Below are positions 32,361 through 43,014 of a stretch of 64,000 bases of DNA, one piece after another. The stretch comes from Deltaproteobacteria bacterium (GTDB taxonomy: Bacteria; Myxococcota; Kuafuiibacteriia; Kuafuiibacteriales; Kuafuiibacteriaceae), in NCBI GenBank assembly GCA_040218735.1, contig JAVJQW010000019.1, forward strand, positions 192,001-256,000, written 5' to 3'. The position numbers and the translations under genes were made by a program. Each line of letters begins with the position of its first letter. Position 1 is the first letter of the stretch. The notes under the pieces were generated by a model. It was given only the letters and a program-made list of their open reading frames with translations, searched no databases and was not told where the DNA came from.

Positions 32361-33269
32361 AGATGGCCAGTTGGAGTTCGAGGGGTGGAGGAGTTTGGGA
32401 GAGTGGGTTGAGGCCGATCCTGACTTAGATCTCGGAATCAAGGGGGTCCTGGTTGTTGTTGAGCGAGGCTTCCCGGAGGGAGTCTAAGGCCCGCGGGACC
32501 ATAAAGAGCGGTGGGACAGGGAACGGTGGCGCGAGTCTGAATGCTGGCCCCAACCCATGTGGAAGCCCGTCTGTACGTCGGGACTTTTGCAGATCCAACA
32601 ACCGTTCGCCGACCTCTCGGTGCTCGGCCCGAGCGTGGCCTCCAACGACGACGAGCCTCGCAACCCAAAGTTCGACACTCCAGATTTGGTCCCCTCGTTC
32701 GAAACGTCCGATTGCGCGCTTCGTCGGCGGCAGGCTGGACGGCGGTTTGCTGAACGCGCTTCCAACGAGGGAAGCGGAGGCAGAGCGACCGCTACGTATT
32801 CCTGAGCGGGACGTGTCAACTAAACGGACCCGAGGCTGCCGTCCGAGTTCGAGGCCTTGAGCCCCAGGGCGTGCTGCGGACATATGGTCTCGAGGATTCT
32901 TCGGTATGTATGGCTCTAGCTTGCAGTCACCTGCGGTCCTGCTGACTCGCAGCTCGGATGCGAACCTAGGCCGCAGAGTTGTGGTGCGCTTAGCTCCCTG
33001 CCAATCGGCTTCGGACCTAAGCCTGGTCCCACTAGCGGACGGTTCCGGCCGTTTGGCTGGATTGTTGAGGCTGCAACGGACACGGCGATGTACTGTGATC
33101 GCAACGTAGTCGGGGTCGGTTCGGCGAAGGAAGCGAGTCGGCCTCATTCGTGGGAGTGCTCGGAACGGACGTTCGTGTGGTAGCGCACCCGCCGACCCCG
33201 ATTCTACAGATCCCCGGCCCGTCGGAGCGGCGCCCCAGCATGTAGGTCTCGGGCAACGGCGTGGCTTCG

Positions 33270-33285
33270 TGTTCCACGTGGAACG
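33270..33285. promoter_or_regulatory. parS centromere site
   Basis: TGTTCCACGTGGAACG with a perfect 14-bp palindromic core, ~7 kb from dnaA. Confidence 0.88.
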
Positions 33286-33927
33286 ATGGTGACTGTAGCA
33301 ACCTCCTTCAGCTGGGTGGTCCCCGCTCAACTGGGCCGGACACGCGGCGGCCTTGGGCTCCAGGTTGACGAGCACCAGGGGAGGACGGACTGGCGACGCA
33401 AGGTCGTGAACTTCACCCCCCTCTTGAGGTCGTCTCAGCGCACCACCATGGCAGCCGCGAGGTTGCGAACACGAGAGCGGAGTTGTCGACCTCGTTGCTT
33501 CGACCTCCTCCGGTCCCCCGTCCTCGTCCGCCATGCAACGGGATTGCGACCGCTACTGCGCCCCAAATCCCAGAAACCCGAGAGGGCGCGAGGGCGCACC
33601 TAAAGGCTAGCTGTGAACGGCTGCGCATTCGACGAGCGGACCCGCCCTCGGCCGTCCGCATGGGGTCGCCCACCAACGCATTCGGCCGTCGGCGCTGTTC
33701 GGAGCAGCTCTTCCCTCGCCGCAAACCCAAGTGCGGTTGTGGGACACAGTCGAACACAGCTTGCCTACTGCTATCGGGGGTCCCTTCTTCGTGATGGCCA
33801 CGAGTGCGGCCGAAGGCGACCTCGGGCCAGGGGAACTTCTTTGTCGCAAGCCTGCGCCGGACGGTTTGACGCCGTAATCCCTGGGCCCGCGTTCCCGAGC
33901 TTGAGTTGGCCGAACACTCACGGCCGC

Positions 33928-33943
33928 CGTTCCACGTGAAACA
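33928..33943. promoter_or_regulatory. parS centromere site
   Basis: CGTTCCACGTGAAACA. Confidence 0.88.
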
Positions 33944-35396
33944 CCCCTGTGACTCCCCGCTCTCCTTCGGGGCGCCCCACCGCCCGACTACGGCTACGCG
34001 TGCTAGGGCGGACTGGGCCATCTCTTTGCCGACGCGGCCTTTGCCGAGGTGCACTCGCGAACGACGCTCGCGGTAGCTACGGGACTTCGTTTCGGCCCGA
34101 GCGGCGGACTTCTCGGAGCGGATGCTCGAGACGGTTCCCCCAACCGCGGGGTTCCAGAAGACTGCGCGTCAAAGCTGGGTGGAGTGCTTCTCTTCGAACC
34201 AGAGCGGGGCCCCGAGCTGAACGTCCGAACACGACCGTTGCGCTGGTCGAGGATGTGACCGAGCGTCTCGAGAGGTGGGGATCCGCTCTCTTCCGGTAGG
34301 TTCCGAAGAGGGCGTGTGGGGAGCGCCGCCATCCCAAACACCGCCCGAGACCGTCCAATCCGAGGATGGGCGAAGGGCTAAGAGACGGGAGGCGCCGCCC
34401 ATCTAGATGATGAGACGTTGGGCTTCCGGCTCAAGGCCGCAATTGGTGCTCGCGTCTCCGGCCACGACTCAACCAAGAACACGAACCCCGTCGCAGACCG
34501 CGTGCAGTCCGCCTTCGGGCACGCTCATCCCCGCTCCCGCCAAAAACCCATGCACAGCAACTCCTACGCGGCACCTCGAAGCAAAGGCACGGATGATGAG
34601 AACGCGCCTGGCCACATCGTGTGTGACGTCGGGGACTACGGGTCGGACTTCGGCGAGGCATCTTCGTCGCTGGACGTCGCGCGACGGAGGAAGTCGAGTC
34701 ACCCCGGCGACCGAGTCGCCCGGAGGGGCGGCCGAAGGCCGCGCGGAGACCAACGGCAAAATGAACTGCGAGCATGACCGGCGAGGATGAGCCGTTAGTG
34801 TCCCGACCGGGATAACAGATGCAATCCCGCACCTCGATCGGAGAGTCACGCTCCGACACACCCCGTCGGAACCCGAACGCAATCGTGTTCCGGGCCTCGT
34901 AACCAATCACACCCCGTTCTCGAGCTCCAACGGTGCTCTCAACCGGCGCCACACGCCCGAGCCTGCTCAACGCGAACCAGGCCAATGCACACAACCGCGC
35001 CCCCCGGCAGCGTCGTTCACCACCGGACGACGATGTCATGCCCTGCGGCCGCAAAGCGCGGTCCGATAATGTCACCGCCGATCGGCATCGATACCCTCGC
35101 GGCACCCCGAAGACGATAAGGCTCCAGACACGCCTCGGCACGTGCCACGAAAGCCCGACCTACGCGCCGGAAGAGATGACACACGACAGCCGGAACGCTG
35201 CCTCCAGACCCGTTCGAGAAAACGGTCCCCTGTATCACGCGAATGCCCCGCGCTCGCTCACTCACCGCACAACACCTGCGCACGCCCAGGGACGACCTCG
35301 TCCGATCGGCGCTCGCCACAATCCCGCGCGTCACGGCTCTCGGCCGCTCCATCCCGAACGAACCGACGTCCCGATCAAGTTTCTTGCCGCACCGCG

Positions 35397-36026
35397 TCAA
35401 ACAGCGCTGTCGCCGGTCAGGAGCGCCTCGAGCTCGCCGACCTCCCGCAGCAACGCGTCCACATCGACGCGTTCGGCGTCGACCGCGCCCAGCACCTCGG
35501 CCCAGCCAGGCTCGTCGCCGCCGCGCCACATCGCGCGGAGCCGACCTTCGACGCGGTCCAACGCGGAGGTCGCCGCTTCCACCGCGCGACGCATGCTCCC
35601 CATCTCCTGACGAAGCTCGTAGATGGTGCGGTCACGCTCCGCGAGCGCCTCCTGCATGCTCTCGATCATCCACTCGCGCTCGGAGCGAATCGCAGACACA
35701 AACGCGTCGCGCAGCGTCTCTAGATCCGACCGGCTCAGGCCACTCACGACGCGATGCCCCGGCACCGAGGAGATCGACTCCACCTCGCTCGCCGGGTACG
35801 GCACCAAGCTCTCCATCGGCCGACGGGCCGGGCGCCAGCTCGACGCTGGTCGACCCACGCCGGTCAGCCGCTCCACGTCCGCCACCGGCACGCGCATCTC
35901 GGGACCGCTCGGTCCTTCGACTACGAAGCGCCCCGGAAACGCACCCTCGCGGACCCGACGCTCCAACGTCGCGTAGTCCACGCCGAGGAGCTCGGCGACT
36001 TCACGCAGCGAGTAACTCTCGACCAT
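35397..36026 (-). CDS. Excisionase/MerR-type HTH plus coiled-coil protein
   Basis: YSLREVAELLGVDYATLERRVREG HTH; LAERDRTIYELRQEMGSMRRAVE coiled coil; GGAG RBS. Confidence 0.8.
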   Translation of the reverse strand: MVESYSLREVAELLGVDYATLERRVREGAFPGRFVVEGPSGPEMRVPVADVERLTGVGRPASSWRPARRPMESLVPYPASEVESISSVPGHRVVSGLSRSDLETLRDAFVSAIRSEREWMIESMQEALAERDRTIYELRQEMGSMRRAVEAATSALDRVEGRLRAMWRGGDEPGWAEVLGAVDAERVDVDALLREVGELEALLTGDSAV

Positions 36027-36028
36027 CG

Positions 36029-36235
36029 TCAGATCGCTCCGCCCCGAACCAAGGCCGCCTCGACCTGTTGTTCGTGCTCGCGCAGATACACGTCGACCTC
36101 CTCGTCCGTCAGGCCGAGGTCCGTCAGCGCGCCTTGATAGATGCTGTTGGCAGATTCGCTCGAGCCGTTCTCGGCGAGCGTCTTCTTGAGGCAGGCTGCG
36201 CCGAAGAGTCGTTCCTGTCGCGACTTCGGCGCCAC
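36029..36235 (-). CDS. Small hypothetical protein (68 aa)
   Basis: GTG start 16 bp after the jag stop; MAPKSRQERLFGAACLKKTL...YQGALTDLGLTDEEVDVYL. Confidence 0.65.
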   Translation of the reverse strand: MAPKSRQERLFGAACLKKTLAENGSSESANSIYQGALTDLGLTDEEVDVYLREHEQQVEAALVRGGAI

Positions 36236-36251
36236 CGCGAGAACTTTTGCC

Positions 36252-37226
36252 CTAGATCCCGGTCTCCTGCAACTCGGCCGACTCCGTCGGCTCCACTGCA
36301 TCGGCCTGCACCTCGGCGCTCTCCGCACCGTCCTCGTGACCCTCAGCACCCTCGCGACCCTCACCGTCCTTGCGACGACGACGCCGGCGCCGACGTTTCT
36401 TCCGGCCACCCGCGAGCTCATCCGGAACCACGTGCATCTTCCGGTAGAGCCCCTCGCCCTCCGACACCGTCCGCACGCCAGGAATCGACGTCACCGTCTG
36501 GTGAATCGCGCGCCGATCCGCCGCCAACATCGGGTGCACCGTCAGCACCTTGTTGAGCGACTTCGCCCGCTCCGCGAGCCGGCGCCCGAGCTCCACCAGC
36601 GTGGGATCGAGATCCGGATCCAGCTCGGCCGTCTTCGCCGGGGCCGAAGCCTCCTTCGGCGCCGCCGCACGACGCTCACGACGCGGCACCGCGGGCACCT
36701 CCACGAGGATGTGCTTCCGGTCGTCCGGGAACCGATTCACGATCTTGTTCAGCAGGAACTGCAACGAAGGAATCGCCGGCGGCCGGCTCTTCCCTAGCAC
36801 CTCGACCACGTCCGTCGAGCCCTCGGCCTCCTCGATGACGATCACGATCTGCTCGTGCTCGTCCCGCACGCTCACCGCCGCCGCGAGGCCCATCTTCTCG
36901 AGCAACCCCCGAGCGACCTCTTCGGCCTGCGCCGCCTTCTCCGGCGTCGGCCCGACGATCCCCGGCGACTTCTTCTTCTCCGCCGGCGCCTCCACGGCGC
37001 TTTCCTCGGCGTCGTCGTCCGACGCCGCTTCCGCTTCCGGCGCCGCAGCACCGTCCGGAGCACGCACCTTGATCTGCACCGGCCGCGCGCCGAGCCCGAA
37101 GACTCCGCCCGACCCCTCGTCGATGACCGTGTAGTCCAGCGCGCTCGCTTCGACCTTCAACGCCGCGCACGCCTTCTCGACCGCTTCTTCGACCGAAGTT
37201 CCCTCGAATTCGATTGTGTTCGACAC
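36252..37226 (-). CDS. jag: Jag/EloR/KhpB RNA-binding protein
   Basis: FEGTSVEEAVEKA...GVFGLG Jag_N domain; R3H RRAIH...SEGEG; follows yidC. Confidence 0.9.
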   Translation of the reverse strand: MSNTIEFEGTSVEEAVEKACAALKVEASALDYTVIDEGSGGVFGLGARPVQIKVRAPDGAAAPEAEAASDDDAEESAVEAPAEKKKSPGIVGPTPEKAAQAEEVARGLLEKMGLAAAVSVRDEHEQIVIVIEEAEGSTDVVEVLGKSRPPAIPSLQFLLNKIVNRFPDDRKHILVEVPAVPRRERRAAAPKEASAPAKTAELDPDLDPTLVELGRRLAERAKSLNKVLTVHPMLAADRRAIHQTVTSIPGVRTVSEGEGLYRKMHVVPDELAGGRKKRRRRRRRRKDGEGREGAEGHEDGAESAEVQADAVEPTESAELQETGI

Positions 37227-37304
37227 GCCTGTCGCTCCCTCACAACCGGCGGGCAGCGCATGACGCCGCAACCAACCCGGCTCCCAAGTCACCCGGTGAG
37301 ACCG

Positions 37305-39047
37305 CTACGCTTTGCTCTCTTGCGCGGGTGCGGGGCTCCCAATGGGCCCCATCGTCTTGTTGATAAGCTGCATCTGAACGATGGTCAACAGGGTGTTCAC
37401 GACGATGTAGAAGCACAACCCGGCCGGCAGCGCGGACATCATCCCGCCGAACACCAGCGGCATCGTGTACATCATGATCTTCTGCTGCATCGGGTCCATC
37501 GTGCTCGGCGTCAGCTTCTGCTGAAGGAACATCACGACCACCAACGTCACCGGCAGGATCCAGAACGGGTCCCGCGTCGTCAGGTCCGGAATCCACAAGA
37601 ACCCCTGCTGATACAGATCCACCGAAACCCACAACGACCGGTACAGCGCGAACCAGATCGGCATCTGGATCAGCATCGGCAGACACCCACCCGCCGGGTT
37701 CACGTTGTGCTCGCGGAAGAGCTTCATCTGCTCCTCGGACTGCCGCTGCCGGTCCTCCGGGAACTTCTTCTTGATCTCCTCCATCTGCGGCTTGAGCGCC
37801 GCCATCGCCCGCATCGACTTGCCGGAGCGCTGGTTCAACGGGAACAGCACCAGCTTCACCAGCACCGTCAGCCCGATGATCGCGACGCCCCACGACCCGG
37901 TCCACCCGTGGATCAACGCCAAGATCCACAGCAGCAAGCTGCACAGCGGCGCCAGGTTCAGCCCGAAGATCTTGTAGTCGACCGCACCCTCGAGCTTCGC
38001 GTCGACCTGCGTCAGCAGCGACTGCTTCTTCACCCCGAGGTACGCCGTGAACTTGTGCCGCGTCTCTCGGCCCGGCGCGAGCGTCACCTTCTCGGCAACC
38101 AACCCCGCACGCGCCCGACGCTCCTTCGCGCCGAGCTTGCAGCTGTGGTCCATCCCGTCGCGCGCGATGATCGCGGCGAGGAAGTACTGCCGGTCCATCG
38201 CGACCCAACGCACCGACTCCGAGAACGCCTCCTTCTCGTCGGCGAGGCTCTTCACGTCGAACCGCTCCACCTCGCTGTCGGTGAAACACAACCCCTGAAG
38301 GTGATCGGGCGGCGGGATGAACCGCGAGAAGAAGCCGCCCCCCTGCACCATCGCGTCGCTCGCCTTGAGCGCCGACCCGACCTGGAGCCGGTGGGTGTGC
38401 TCGCGGTTCGACTCGTTACGAATCGTCACCGCCATCTGCACTTCGAACGAGTCCTTGCGGAACGCGTACTCGCGCTCGATCACCACGCCGTCGTCGGAGC
38501 GGAAGCGATACTTCACCCTCCCGGCTTCGGGGTCCGCCTCGACCACCTCGTAGATCGGCAGCGCGGGCACCGCGAACGTCGTCCCCTCCAAGAACGTGAC
38601 CGAAGCCATCTGACGGTACGCCGCTTCGCTGTCGTCGCGGATGCCGTCGATCGAATCCGAAAGCCCGATCGGGTCGGTCGTCGCGCGGTTTTCGTGGTCA
38701 CGCTCGAAGTACGACTCGAGCACGAACTGATCGATGCCGCCGCCGGCGTTCGTGATCTCCGCCTTGAACGGGACCTCCATCCCGTCGACGTCGACGACCC
38801 CGCGGAACGTGAAGTCCTCGCGCGCGACCGAGGGGCGCGTCGGCGGTGCCTTCGCGACGACCGTGCTGGTGTCCGTGGTCGGCGGCGCCTCGGCGACGAC
38901 CGCTGCCGTCGACGTCTTGGTGCCTCCGTCTTCACCGGCGGCGAGCTTCTGCTTCGGCTTCGGGAAGAGGATGGGCCAGACCATCAACACGAGCAGGCAG
39001 AGCCCGGCGGCGACCACGAGTCTTCGATTGTTGTGTTCGTCTTCCAT
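37305..39047 (-). CDS. yidC: Membrane protein insertase
   Basis: WGVAII, NPAGGCLPMLIQMPIW, LWIPDL, PAGLCFY. Confidence 0.97.
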   Translation of the reverse strand: MEDEHNNRRLVVAAGLCLLVLMVWPILFPKPKQKLAAGEDGGTKTSTAAVVAEAPPTTDTSTVVAKAPPTRPSVAREDFTFRGVVDVDGMEVPFKAEITNAGGGIDQFVLESYFERDHENRATTDPIGLSDSIDGIRDDSEAAYRQMASVTFLEGTTFAVPALPIYEVVEADPEAGRVKYRFRSDDGVVIEREYAFRKDSFEVQMAVTIRNESNREHTHRLQVGSALKASDAMVQGGGFFSRFIPPPDHLQGLCFTDSEVERFDVKSLADEKEAFSESVRWVAMDRQYFLAAIIARDGMDHSCKLGAKERRARAGLVAEKVTLAPGRETRHKFTAYLGVKKQSLLTQVDAKLEGAVDYKIFGLNLAPLCSLLLWILALIHGWTGSWGVAIIGLTVLVKLVLFPLNQRSGKSMRAMAALKPQMEEIKKKFPEDRQRQSEEQMKLFREHNVNPAGGCLPMLIQMPIWFALYRSLWVSVDLYQQGFLWIPDLTTRDPFWILPVTLVVVMFLQQKLTPSTMDPMQQKIMMYTMPLVFGGMMSALPAGLCFYIVVNTLLTIVQMQLINKTMGPIGSPAPAQESKA

Positions 39048-39058
39048 CGGGTCCTTCG

Positions 39059-39319
39059 TCAGGGCGGATCGAATCCACCCGGATGAAGCGGGTGGCAACG
39101 CAAAATTCGACCCAGCGCACGCACGGTGCCGCGGAAGGGTCCGTCCTTTTGGATCACGGCGATCGCGTACGCGCTACAGGTGGGGTGAAAACGACAGCGC
39201 GCGCCGCCGAGATGCAGCACGGGCGAGAGCACGAGTTGGTACCCGCGCACGAGGAAGACGAGGACGGACGACAACAAAGCCAACGGCCAGGGACGAGCTT
39301 CCGGGGCTTCGGGCGTCAC
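39059..39319 (-). CDS. yidD: Membrane protein insertion efficiency factor
   Basis: [25 protein letters not shown]. Confidence 0.95.
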   Translation of the reverse strand: MTPEAPEARPWPLALLSSVLVFLVRGYQLVLSPVLHLGGARCRFHPTCSAYAIAVIQKDGPFRGTVRALGRILRCHPLHPGGFDPP

Positions 39320-39735
39320 TTCTTGCGCTTTCCTCTCGGACGGGGCCGGCGTGGAGCAAACGCGCGACGACCCGCCACTTCGATGGGACCGAGCAGCTCG
39401 TCGACGAGCGCTCCGAGACCGCCGACGACCAGCGCCCGCGCCTCGGGCTTTGCTATGAACACGTAGTCGACGTCCGGCAAGTCGGATCGCAACCGACGGA
39501 ACATTTCCTTGAGGAGCCGGCGGATGCGGTTGCGCACCACGGCGTTGCCAACCTTGCGGCTCACGGCGCAGCCCATGCGCGCGCCCGCGTCGGCGAGCGT
39601 AGGACGCGCGACGATCGTGAACGACGGCGTGTGCACACGCGCGCCTTCTCGGTGGATCTTTCGGTACTCCCAGCGCTGACGAACCCGCGCTTCGCGCGGG
39701 AACGGCCCGGTGTCGGAGAGGACGGGCGAGCGCAC
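39316..39735 (-). CDS. rnpA: RNase P protein
   Basis: [19 protein letters not shown] motif. Confidence 0.93.
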   Translation of the reverse strand: MRSPVLSDTGPFPREARVRQRWEYRKIHREGARVHTPSFTIVARPTLADAGARMGCAVSRKVGNAVVRNRIRRLLKEMFRRLRSDLPDVDYVFIAKPEARALVVGGLGALVDELLGPIEVAGRRAFAPRRPRPRGKRKK

Positions 39736-39751
39736 GGGGCGCGAGGGGGTG

Positions 39752-39904
39752 CTACTTCTTGTAGGTCGAGACGGTGAGGCGCTTGCGTCCGCGCTTGCGG
39801 CGGGCGGCGAGCACCTTCTGCCCGTTGTTGGTGCTCTTGCGCTTGCGGAAGCCGTGCTTGCGCTTGCGGCGGAGGTTCGACGGCTGAAAAGTTCGCTTCG
39901 TCAT
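39752..39904 (-). CDS. rpmH: 50S ribosomal protein L34 (missing from the ORF track)
   Basis: [50 protein letters not shown]; GAGGAG RBS. Confidence 0.97.
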   Translation of the reverse strand: MTKRTFQPSNLRRKRKHGFRKRKSTNNGQKVLAARRKRGRKRLTVSTYKK

Positions 39905-40182
39905 GACGTGCTCCTCGGAGGGCGACCTTCACGCCACGTCCGGCCCGGGAGTGTCAAGCAACGACGCGCCAAACGAAACTTTTTGTCCCTCCCTCAGTGC
40001 TTCGCGTTGGCCCGAAAACGAGATCGACAAACACGGTTGATCCCGATTCCGATCCTCGGCTAGATCCGCGCTCCGCTTCGGGGGGCTGGGCGCAACGTTG
40101 ACGAAACGAAACTGCAACTGCGGGACACCGCAGCTCGGGCGCCCCTCCCACACCGCGCGCATTCCTTTTCGGGAGAGACGAC

Positions 40183-41574
40183 TTGCACGAGCATCCAGCC
40201 GGTTCCTGGGAACGCCTCCAGACTGCCCTCAAAGCCCGCCTCAATCCACAGGCGTACGCGACCTGGATCTCGCGGATGACCTGCATCCGCGATGACGGCG
40301 TCCAGTTGATACTCGGTCTACCCGACGTGTTCGGTGTCGACTGGGTGAACAATCACTACCGCCACGTCCTCGAGGAGGAGCTCGGCAAGATCACGCCCGA
40401 AGTTCGCCTCGAGATCAGCGTGAAACCCAACGGCGCACCGGAGCCCGCGACCTACGACGCGACGCCCCCGCCCGAGCCGAAGACGCCCAAAAAGGCGCCC
40501 CCGAAGCCGGAGCCGAAGGCCAAACCGACCCGTGCGCCGGATGAGACGCCCTCGGGCGCTCGCATCCCGATGAACGCGCGGTACACGTTCGAATCGTTCG
40601 TCACCGGGCCCTCGAACCAGCTCGCCGCCGCCGCCGCGCAGTCCGTCGCCGACAACCCCGGCCACGCCTACAACCCGCTGTTCGTGTTCGGGCGCGTGGG
40701 ACTGGGCAAGACCCACCTCATCCAGGCGATCGGCCACCGCGTGCGGAAAAAGAACCCGGCGGCCCGGGTGGTCTACCAGTCGACCGAGCAGTTCGTGAAC
40801 GAGGTGATCCAGGGGATCCGCTTCGAACGCATGGACGAGGTCCGCGCGACCTACCGCGCGTGTGACTGCCTCATCATCGACGACATCCAGTTCATCGCCG
40901 GCAAGGAGGCTTGCCAGGCGGAGTTCTTCCATACGTTCAACGCGCTGTACGACGCCCGCAAGCAGGTCGTGCTCACGTCGGACAAGCTCCCGCACGAGAT
41001 CAAGGACCTCGAGGAGCGCGTCCGGACGCGGTTCCAGTGGGGCCTCATCGTGGACCTGCAGCCGCCGGAGCTCGAGACGCGCGTCGCGATCGTGAAGAAG
41101 AAGGGCGAGACGGACGGCATCGATCTCGACGACGAGGTCGCGATGTTCATCGCCCAGTCCGTCCGTTCCAACGTTCGAGAGCTCGAGGGCTGCCTCATCC
41201 GAGTCAGCGCCTACGCCCAGCTCACGAACCAGCCGATCTCGATCGACCTCGCCAAGGAGGTCCTCAAGGACGTCCTGCCGGGCAAGAGCCAGCTGACGTG
41301 TGAGACGATCGTGAAGACGGTCTCCTCGCACTTCGACGTGAAGGTCTCCGACCTCAAGTCGCAGAAGCGGGGCCGCGCCATCGCGCTGCCGCGGCAGATC
41401 TCGATGTACCTGTGCCGCAAACACACCGGCTCCTCGTACCCGGAGATCGGCAACGCGCTCGGCGGCAAGGACCACACCACCGCCCTCAACGCGTTCAACC
41501 GCATCACCCAGCGGATGAGCGAGCCGGACATCAAGCGGCACGTCGAGGCCATCGAGCGCGCCCTCCTCGACTAG
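40183..41574 (+). CDS. dnaA: Chromosomal replication initiator
   Basis: TTG start; YNPLF, GLGKTHL, IDDIQF, EFFHTFN, NVRELEG, GGKDHTT. Confidence 0.98.
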   Translation: MHEHPAGSWERLQTALKARLNPQAYATWISRMTCIRDDGVQLILGLPDVFGVDWVNNHYRHVLEEELGKITPEVRLEISVKPNGAPEPATYDATPPPEPKTPKKAPPKPEPKAKPTRAPDETPSGARIPMNARYTFESFVTGPSNQLAAAAAQSVADNPGHAYNPLFVFGRVGLGKTHLIQAIGHRVRKKNPAARVVYQSTEQFVNEVIQGIRFERMDEVRATYRACDCLIIDDIQFIAGKEACQAEFFHTFNALYDARKQVVLTSDKLPHEIKDLEERVRTRFQWGLIVDLQPPELETRVAIVKKKGETDGIDLDDEVAMFIAQSVRSNVRELEGCLIRVSAYAQLTNQPISIDLAKEVLKDVLPGKSQLTCETIVKTVSSHFDVKVSDLKSQKRGRAIALPRQISMYLCRKHTGSSYPEIGNALGGKDHTTALNAFNRITQRMSEPDIKRHVEAIERALLD

Positions 41575-41867
41575 GTCGGCGAAACAAAAGCGAATCCGGG
41601 ATGTTGACGACAAACCACAGCATGTTGTGTTCTAGTGCGCGAAAGGCACGATATGTTGTGGATGAAACTGGGGACGGATGTGGGCGAATGGCCGACGCGA
41701 TTCACACACAGTTCTCGGGTGTACGACTCACAGCCTTGACGTGCGTCACAAGCCGAACGAAATCCGAAAGTTGGTCCCTGTTCCCCGGAAATCACAGGAC
41801 CTACTACGACGACTGAGATCTTAATAAAGAGAAGATCAATGAAGCGTTCCTCGAAAGGGAGAGAGTC
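41575..41867. other. oriC candidate (dnaA-dnaN intergenic region)
   Basis: AT-richer; DnaA-box-like TGTGGATGA (41657-41665) and several degenerate boxes; ATCACAGGAC followed by CTACTACGACGACT DnaA-trios (41801-41814) and TTAATAAAG. Confidence 0.8.
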
Positions 41868-42977
41868 ATGGAGTTGACCATCCGCGTTCCCGAGCTGGTG
41901 AAGGCGCTCCAGCGCGTGCAGGGCATCGTCGAGAAGAAGACGACGATGCCCATCCTCGCCAACGCGCTCATCAAGTCGAAGGGCAAGGGGCAGATCACTG
42001 TCTCCGCCACCGACCTCGAGATCGGCCTCACCGCCGACTACGAAGCCGAGGTCACGAAAACCGGAGCGATGACCCTCGGTGCGAAGGCGCTCTTCGACAT
42101 CGTGCGCGCGCTCCCCGAAGAGAAGGTCACGCTCAAGCAGACCTCGAACCAGTGGGTGGAGATCACCTGCGGCAAGGTGAAGTACCGCGTCGTCGGCATG
42201 GCGGCCGACACCTTCCCCACGCTGCCGACGTTCGACGAGGTCCCCTTCTTCGAGCTCGACGCGCGCGTCTTCCGCGAGATGATCGACAAGACGCTGTACG
42301 CCGTCTCGACCGACGAGACCCGCTACAACCTCACCGGCGTCTTCTGCGAGCCGGTCGCCGGGACGTCGGGCCTGCGCATGGTCGCGACGGACGGCCACCG
42401 CCTCTCCGTCATCGAGCGCCCCACCGCCGAAGCCCCCGCGATGAAGGAGGGCGTCATCATCCCGCGCAAGGGCCTCGTCGAGCTGAAGAAGCTCCTCGAC
42501 GAGAGCGGCGACGGCGCAAAGCTCGGCTTCGTCGAAAACAGCGCGGTGTTCGAAAAGGACGGCATCACGCTCACGATGCGCCTCGTCGACGGCCGCTTCC
42601 CCGACTACCAGCAGGTCATCCCGCAGGCGTCGTCACGTCGCGTGCAGATCGGTCGACAGGCGCTGTTCAACGGCCTCAAGCGCACGTCGCTGTTGTCACC
42701 GGACAAGGCCCAGGGCGTCCGCATCGACCTCTCCGACAACGTCCTCGCGCTCACCGCCAACAACCCGGATCTCGGCGAAGCCCGTGAAGAGATCCCGGTC
42801 GAGTACGATTCGGACGCGCTGAAGATCGGCTTCAACTTTCGCTACCTGATCGACGTCCTCGGCGTCCTCACGGAAGACGTCGTCGAGTTCGAGCTCACCG
42901 ACGAGCTGTCCCCCGGCGTCATCCACGGCGTCGGCAGCGAGGGCTACCGGGCGGTGATCATGCCCATGAGGATCTAG
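41868..42977 (+). CDS. dnaN: DNA polymerase III beta clamp
   Basis: ATDLEI, VATDGHRL, IIPRKG, GRFPDYQQVIP, IMPMRI. Confidence 0.98.
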   Translation: MELTIRVPELVKALQRVQGIVEKKTTMPILANALIKSKGKGQITVSATDLEIGLTADYEAEVTKTGAMTLGAKALFDIVRALPEEKVTLKQTSNQWVEITCGKVKYRVVGMAADTFPTLPTFDEVPFFELDARVFREMIDKTLYAVSTDETRYNLTGVFCEPVAGTSGLRMVATDGHRLSVIERPTAEAPAMKEGVIIPRKGLVELKKLLDESGDGAKLGFVENSAVFEKDGITLTMRLVDGRFPDYQQVIPQASSRRVQIGRQALFNGLKRTSLLSPDKAQGVRIDLSDNVLALTANNPDLGEAREEIPVEYDSDALKIGFNFRYLIDVLGVLTEDVVEFELTDELSPGVIHGVGSEGYRAVIMPMRI

Positions 42978-43014
42978 CCCGAAGGCCAGATCCTCACCGG
43001 GTCCCGGTTCCTCG

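Noticed and set aside
32233-32487. 84-aa ORF overlapping the Rsm22-like stop
   Set aside because: Atypical codon usage, no motif, and it contains a parS-like site; not excluded but unsupported
35062-35119. TCCGATAA and GACGATAA sigma-28-like -10 elements
   Set aside because: No CAAC at 15-nt spacing and no credible downstream gene
32425-35400. Numerous ORFs, possible prophage or tRNA/ncRNA in the island
   Set aside because: No codon bias, RBS or recognisable domain; no cloverleaf, integrase or terminal repeats seen
35397-36026. HTH gene as a prophage excisionase
   Set aside because: No integrase or phage genes nearby; it lies in a housekeeping operon and has a long coiled coil
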